A stretch of 64,000 nucleotides of DNA. It comes from an uncultured delta proteobacterium. Lineage in GTDB: Bacteria > Desulfobacterota > Binatia > HRBIN30 > BPIQ01. The notes below the pieces were generated by a model. The model searched no databases. It was not told the origin of the DNA and worked only from the letters and a program-made list of their open reading frames with translations. Each line of letters starts with the position of its first letter. Within the stretch, counting starts at the first letter, position 1. Position numbers and translations under genes: made by a program. Location: contig CAVXGR010000018.1 of assembly GCA_963761335.1 (NCBI GenBank), forward strand, positions 192,001-256,000, written 5' to 3'. This document shows positions 59,719 through 64,000 of the stretch, one piece after another.

Positions 59719-59748
59719 AACCGAGTCACCGAGTCACCGAGTCACCGG
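59719..59748. repeat. 8-bp tandem repeat (ACCGAGTC)x3
   Basis: AACCGAGTCACCGAGTCACCGAGTCACCGG before ATG 59756. Same unit as 21241-21287. Confidence 0.75.
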
Positions 59749-59755
59749 ATTTCCG

Positions 59756-60643
59756 ATGAGCGACGAACAGGCCCAACCGCCGCGCCAGCGCGGGCTGATT
59801 CTGCTGGTGCTCGGCGCCGCCGCCGGCATCGTGCTCGCCGCCGTTGGCCTCGGCGCCGGCAGCCATCGCGCCGAGGGGCTTCCGGAAGGCGCCGTTGCCC
59901 GGGTGAACGGCGAGATCATCCGCGCCGACGAGTATCAGCGGGTCGTCGAGGCGGTCGACAGCGATCGCCGCGAAGAGCTCGGCGAGAAGCAGCGCAAGCA
60001 GGTCCTCGACCGGCTCATCGACGAGGAGCTGTTGGTGCAGCGCGGTCTCGAGCTCGGCTTCGCCCGCAACGACCGCAAAGTGCGCGCCGACCTGACCTCG
60101 GCGGTGATCGCCTCGGTGGTGGGCGAGTACGACGACGTGACGCCTTCCGACACCGACCTGCAGGCCTTCTACGAGAAGAACCGGCAGTACTTCGCAGAGC
60201 CGCCGCGGCTGCGCGTGCGGCAGATCTACTTCCGCGCCGGCAACTCGGCGGCGGCGGAGGCGGCGCTGAAGCGGGCCCAAGAGGCGGTGCGCCGGCTGCA
60301 CCAGGGCGAGGACTTCGCCGCCGTGAGGCAGTCGGACAGCGACGCCGAGCTGGCGCCGATCCCGGATGCCCTGCTGCCGCCGGCGAAGCTGCGCGACTAC
60401 ATCGGCACCACGGCGCTGCGCACGGTGGAATCGCTCCAGGTCGGCGAGCCGAGCGCGCCGGTGCGCTCCGGCACCGGCTACCACGTGCTCGAGGTCGTCG
60501 AGCGCCAGGACGGCGGCGTGGCGCCGCTGGCGGACATCAAGTCAGAGGTGATCGCCGAGTACCGGCGCCGCGCCGGCGAGCGCGCCCTGCGGCGGTACCT
60601 CGACGACCTGCGCGCCGGCTCCGAGATCGCCATCGCTCCATGA
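59756..60643 (+). CDS. PpiC/SurA-type peptidyl-prolyl isomerase
   Basis: N-terminal TM, VARVNG..I, LDRLIDEELLVQ, GEDFA, S.PVRSGTGYHV. Confidence 0.85.
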   Translation: MSDEQAQPPRQRGLILLVLGAAAGIVLAAVGLGAGSHRAEGLPEGAVARVNGEIIRADEYQRVVEAVDSDRREELGEKQRKQVLDRLIDEELLVQRGLELGFARNDRKVRADLTSAVIASVVGEYDDVTPSDTDLQAFYEKNRQYFAEPPRLRVRQIYFRAGNSAAAEAALKRAQEAVRRLHQGEDFAAVRQSDSDAELAPIPDALLPPAKLRDYIGTTALRTVESLQVGEPSAPVRSGTGYHVLEVVERQDGGVAPLADIKSEVIAEYRRRAGERALRRYLDDLRAGSEIAIAP

Positions 60644-61857
60644 GACGCGCCCTGCTTCTGGCCGCGGTCGTCCTCGCTCTCCTCGCGGGCGAAGCGGCGG
60701 CGCACCAGCGCAGCATCTCGTACTCCACCTGGGAGCTGCACGGGCGGGCGGCGCAGGTCACCGTGCGGCTTACCGAGCTCGACCTCTCCTGGCTGCCGTG
60801 GACCTCGCGTCCTGGTCACAGCAAGGACGAGGCGGTCGGAGACTACCTCGTGGAGCACCTGGCCCTGCTCGCCGGCGGGACGCCGTGCGCCGTCAGTCAT
60901 CCGCCGCGCCGCCTGCCGGCGCCGAGCGGCAAGGCGATCTACAGCTGGGGCATCGATTGCCCGCCGAGCGGTGCGCTCGCCATTCGCAGCGATATCCTCC
61001 TCGACCTGGTGCCCTCGCATCTGCACTTCGCACGGGTGCGCGCCGACGGCTCGCATCCGCTCGAGCGCGTCCTCTCCGAGGGGGAACGGGTCTGGCAGAT
61101 CGAGACGGCGGGCGGCGCCGGCGCGGCGAGCCCGCCGCGCGGAACCTCGCTGCTCAGCTACCTCGCCATGGGCGTCGGACACATCTGGACGGGATACGAT
61201 CACCTCGCCTTCCTGCTGGCGCTGCTCTTGTTTCGCAGCACCCTCGCCGAGGTGGCACGCGTGGTCACCGGCTTCACGCTCGCCCACAGCCTGACGTTGG
61301 CTCTCGCCACGCTCGGCTATCTGCGGCCGGATTCGGCGCCGATCGAGGCGCTCATCGGTCTCTCGATCGCCCTGGTCGCCGTGGAGAATCTCTGGCTTCT
61401 CGCCGGTCGCAATCGCCTGTTGCCGTGGATTTTGGCCGGCGTTCTCGCCTGCCTTGCCGGGATCGCCTTTGATGGCGTGGGCCGCGTCCCCGGCCTGACA
61501 CTGGGCGGTTTGGCGCTGTTCACCCTGTGCTACTTCGGGTTGCTGGAGAACGTCAGCCGTCCCGGTCGCCTGCGGTGGTTCGTCGCCTTCATCTTCGGAC
61601 TGGTGCACGGCTTCGGCTTCGCCGGCGTCCTCGCCGAGGCGCGCCTCCCGGCAGACCGGCTGGCACACGCGCTGCTTGGCTTCAATCTCGGCGTCGAGGT
61701 GGGGCAGCTGGCCGTCGTTCTCGCCGCCTGGCCGGTGCTTCTCCTCGCCGCACGCGCCGATCGCGGCCGCGCGCAGGGGGCGATCTTCGAGACCGGCTCG
61801 GCCGCGGTGCTCGCCCTCGGTCTATTCTGGTTCGTCACCCGCGCCTACGGCGGGTAA
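60640..61857 (+). CDS. HupE/UreJ-family membrane protein with N-terminal periplasmic domain
   Basis: Signal peptide ending AAAH, GVGHIWTGYDHLAF, FTLAHSLT, IEALIGLS, FGLVHGFGFA, FNLGVEVGQ. Confidence 0.9.
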   Translation: MRRALLLAAVVLALLAGEAAAHQRSISYSTWELHGRAAQVTVRLTELDLSWLPWTSRPGHSKDEAVGDYLVEHLALLAGGTPCAVSHPPRRLPAPSGKAIYSWGIDCPPSGALAIRSDILLDLVPSHLHFARVRADGSHPLERVLSEGERVWQIETAGGAGAASPPRGTSLLSYLAMGVGHIWTGYDHLAFLLALLLFRSTLAEVARVVTGFTLAHSLTLALATLGYLRPDSAPIEALIGLSIALVAVENLWLLAGRNRLLPWILAGVLACLAGIAFDGVGRVPGLTLGGLALFTLCYFGLLENVSRPGRLRWFVAFIFGLVHGFGFAGVLAEARLPADRLAHALLGFNLGVEVGQLAVVLAAWPVLLLAARADRGRAQGAIFETGSAAVLALGLFWFVTRAYGG

Positions 61858-61890
61858 CGCCAGAGGCGGGCAATGGGTCCCCATGTTACC

Positions 61891-62027
61891 CATTCTCATT
61901 TTCCCGGTCCTCATCCCGTCGTCTTCCATTCGCTCTGACAGCTGCGGGACGGCCCAGAGCCGTTCGGCGTCACCGCGACTCGCAGGACAATGGAAAACGA
62001 CGGGATGAGGACCGGGAATGAGAATGG
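61891..62027. repeat. Palindromic interspersed element, family A copy 2 (inverted relative to copy 1)
   Basis: Shares CCCGTCGTCTTCCATTCGCTCTGACAGC and the ACCGGGAATGAGAA arm with 17031-17176. Confidence 0.8.
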
Positions 62028-62055
62028 ATAATCGAGAACAGACGCCGCTTCTATT

Positions 62056-62196
62056 CTACTTGCTGCGCCAGTAGAGAAAGGCGGCGGCCAGGACGGCGCC
62101 GGTGACCGCTGGCAGGGGCGGAGCGCCGAACCAGATCAGGGCGCAGACCACCGCGATGAGAGCGCTGGCGGCGATGGATTTAGTCGACGTCGTCAT
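62056..62196 (-). CDS. Small membrane protein, 46 aa, not in the ORF track
   Basis: MTTSTKSIAASALIAVVCALIWFGAPPLPAVTGAVLAAAFLYWRSK*. AGGA RBS, TGATG coupling to the upstream ORF. Confidence 0.6.
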   Translation of the reverse strand: MTTSTKSIAASALIAVVCALIWFGAPPLPAVTGAVLAAAFLYWRSK

Positions 62197-62750
62197 CACA
62201 GGTCCTTTTCCTCATGGAACTCGCCGCGTCGGTCGATGCGCGCACGCGTCGGCAAGCGCCGCAGGCGCTCCAGTGGAGACAGCTGCCAGGCGCCGCCCTG
62301 GCGCTGCAGGAGGTGCTTCGCCTGCGCGGCGGTGGCGCTGGTGGAGAGCAGCTGCAGCTCGACGTCGGGTGCGTGCACCGGATGCGTCCATACCTTCAGG
62401 GACGCCTCGGTGGTTTCCGGTGCCGCCTCCCAGACGGCTTCCAGAACGCGAACGGCGTCGGCGAAGAGCTGCTCGGCAAAGGCGGCCTCGCGGTCGACGG
62501 GACCGCGTCGGGCGCTGCCGGGAAACATGGGTCGGGCATAGACCTCGACCTCCACCCGACCGCCAATGGCGAGCAGCCGCCGGATCTCCATCGATGAGCT
62601 GCCCCGATAGAGAAAGGCGCCGTCGATGCGGCGCCGGATGGCAGTGCTCGCGTCAGCTCCCCCGCGTCGGAGGAGACGGGAGAGCCATCGCGGGCGCGGG
62701 GCGCCCGGCGAATCGCCGGGCGCCCGCGGTTGCAGGGACTGAACGGTCAT
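62196..62750 (-). CDS. Hypothetical protein
   Basis: ATG 2 nt after the amtB stop, open for 184 codons, no family recognised. Confidence 0.55.
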   Translation of the reverse strand: MTVQSLQPRAPGDSPGAPRPRWLSRLLRRGGADASTAIRRRIDGAFLYRGSSSMEIRRLLAIGGRVEVEVYARPMFPGSARRGPVDREAAFAEQLFADAVRVLEAVWEAAPETTEASLKVWTHPVHAPDVELQLLSTSATAAQAKHLLQRQGGAWQLSPLERLRRLPTRARIDRRGEFHEEKDL

Positions 62751-62752
62751 GC

Positions 62753-64000
62753 CTAGCGCAGCGAGGTTCCGCTCGACTCGTAGGCCAGGTTGAAGTCGGG
62801 GTAGGCGAGGGCGCCGACCTCGGGGAGGTCGAGGCCTTCGATCTCGACCTCGGGGGCCACGCGGATACCCCAGATCGCGTCGCACACCTTGAAGAAGACG
62901 TAAAAGGAGACGAACACGAAGACGATGCAGACGATCGAGCCGACGCACTGGGCGAAGAACTGGGAGAAGTCTCCGTAGAGCAGGCCGCGCACGGGACCCT
63001 CAACGCCGTTCCAGCCGTCGCCGTAGGTGCCGTCGGCGAAGATACCGACGCTGAGCACGCCCCAGATGCCGTTCACGCCGTGGACGGAGACCGCGCCGAC
63101 CGGATCGTCGATCTGCAGGGTCTGATCGATGTAGATGACCGATACGCAGACGAGGACGCCGGCAATGGCGCCGATGACGAAGGCGCTGACGCTGTTGACG
63201 AAGGCGCAGGGAGCGGTGATTGCCACCAAGCCGGCGAGCATGCCGTTGGCGGTCATGCTCGGATCCGGCTTGCCGGTCTTCGACCATATGTACGCCATGG
63301 CTGCCAGCGCGCCGCTGGCGGAGGCCAGCATGGTATTGACCGCGATCACCGAGATGCGCAGATCGGTACCGGAAAGCGTGCTGCCCGGGTTGAAGCCGAA
63401 CCAACCGAAGGCGAGGATGAAGGTGCCGAGCAACGCCATGGGGATGTCGTGGCCGGGAATGGCGACCGATTTCCCTTCCTTCGTGTACTTGCCGATGCGC
63501 GGTCCGATCACCATCGCGCCGGCGAGGGCGGCCACGCCGCCGACGGCGTGCACCACCGAGCTTCCGGCGAAGTCCACGTGACCGTGCCCGAGACCGAAGT
63601 TCGTCCCCAGCCCCGAGAGCCAGCCACCACCCCATACCCAGTTGGCGAAGATCGGGTACACGAACATCGACATGAAGAAGCCGAAGAGACAGAAGTTGGT
63701 GAACTTCCAGCGCTCGGCCATGCCGCCCGTGGGAATCGTGGCGGCGGTGTCCATGAACACCATCTGGAAGAGGAACAGGCAGAAGACGCCGACGTCATAG
63801 GTGCTGCCGCTGAGGAAGAATCCCTTCATGCCGAACAGTCCGAAGCTGTGGCCGAAGAGCGAGATGGATGCCTCCGCGTCGAGCGGCGGTGTGCCGCCCA
63901 GCGCCGCCACGCCGCCGACGCCGCCCATCTGCAGGGCATAGCCGCAGATCCAGTAGCCGGTCATACCGACGACGTAGACGGTGAAGTTCATCATCATCGT
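62753..64000 (-). CDS. amtB: Ammonium transporter (5' partial)
   Basis: FQMVF, AER, DFAGSSVVH, GWFGFNPGS, LAGLVAIT, DDPVGAVSVHG. Confidence 0.96.
   Translation of the reverse strand, partial: TMMMNFTVYVVGMTGYWICGYALQMGGVGGVAALGGTPPLDAEASISLFGHSFGLFGMKGFFLSGSTYDVGVFCLFLFQMVFMDTAATIPTGGMAERWKFTNFCLFGFFMSMFVYPIFANWVWGGGWLSGLGTNFGLGHGHVDFAGSSVVHAVGGVAALAGAMVIGPRIGKYTKEGKSVAIPGHDIPMALLGTFILAFGWFGFNPGSTLSGTDLRISVIAVNTMLASASGALAAMAYIWSKTGKPDPSMTANGMLAGLVAITAPCAFVNSVSAFVIGAIAGVLVCVSVIYIDQTLQIDDPVGAVSVHGVNGIWGVLSVGIFADGTYGDGWNGVEGPVRGLLYGDFSQFFAQCVGSIVCIVFVFVSFYVFFKVCDAIWGIRVAPEVEIEGLDLPEVGALAYPDFNLAYESSGTSLR

Noticed and set aside
60640..61857. HupE/UreJ as nickel supplier for the hyf-like complex
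   Set aside because: That complex has no Ni ligands, and the gene is 17 kb away and coupled to ppiC/DUF3604 instead.

Overview
High-GC bacterial chromosomal window. Gene content and protein families suggest a Candidatus Binatia / deltaproteobacteria-like organism (inference only). It holds about 60 CDS, one tRNA-Pro(CGG), no CRISPR array, no prophage and no intact transposase. Housekeeping genes: ychF-like, uppP, prx, priA-def-fmt-rsmB-rpe, plsY, glnE, ampG, amtB (partial), and several lipid/acyl-CoA enzymes. Most notable: (1) a translationally coupled TetR - SAM methyltransferase - fused HgcAB-like corrinoid/ferredoxin operon (30085-32544) with its own palindromic operator. It lacks key mercury-methylation residues and is a candidate cobalamin-dependent methylation system for an unknown substrate. 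(2) A six-gene hydrogenase-4-like (Ehr) membrane complex with no NiFe ligands, led by an HTH-PTS IIA regulator with 10-bp-phased direct repeats. (3) A DUF3604-PpiC-HupE/UreJ cluster. (4) A DUF6502-PKD lipoprotein operon with a divergent four-hairpin candidate ncRNA. (5) A sigma54-driven small ORF absent from the ORF track, whose 3' region carries an anti-Shine-Dalgarno hairpin loop. (6) Many intergenic palindromic and short-tandem-repeat elements, including a 398-bp MITE with TIRs and a 6-bp TSD. All calls are from manual motif reading. No database search was run, and several start codons were re-chosen by eye.
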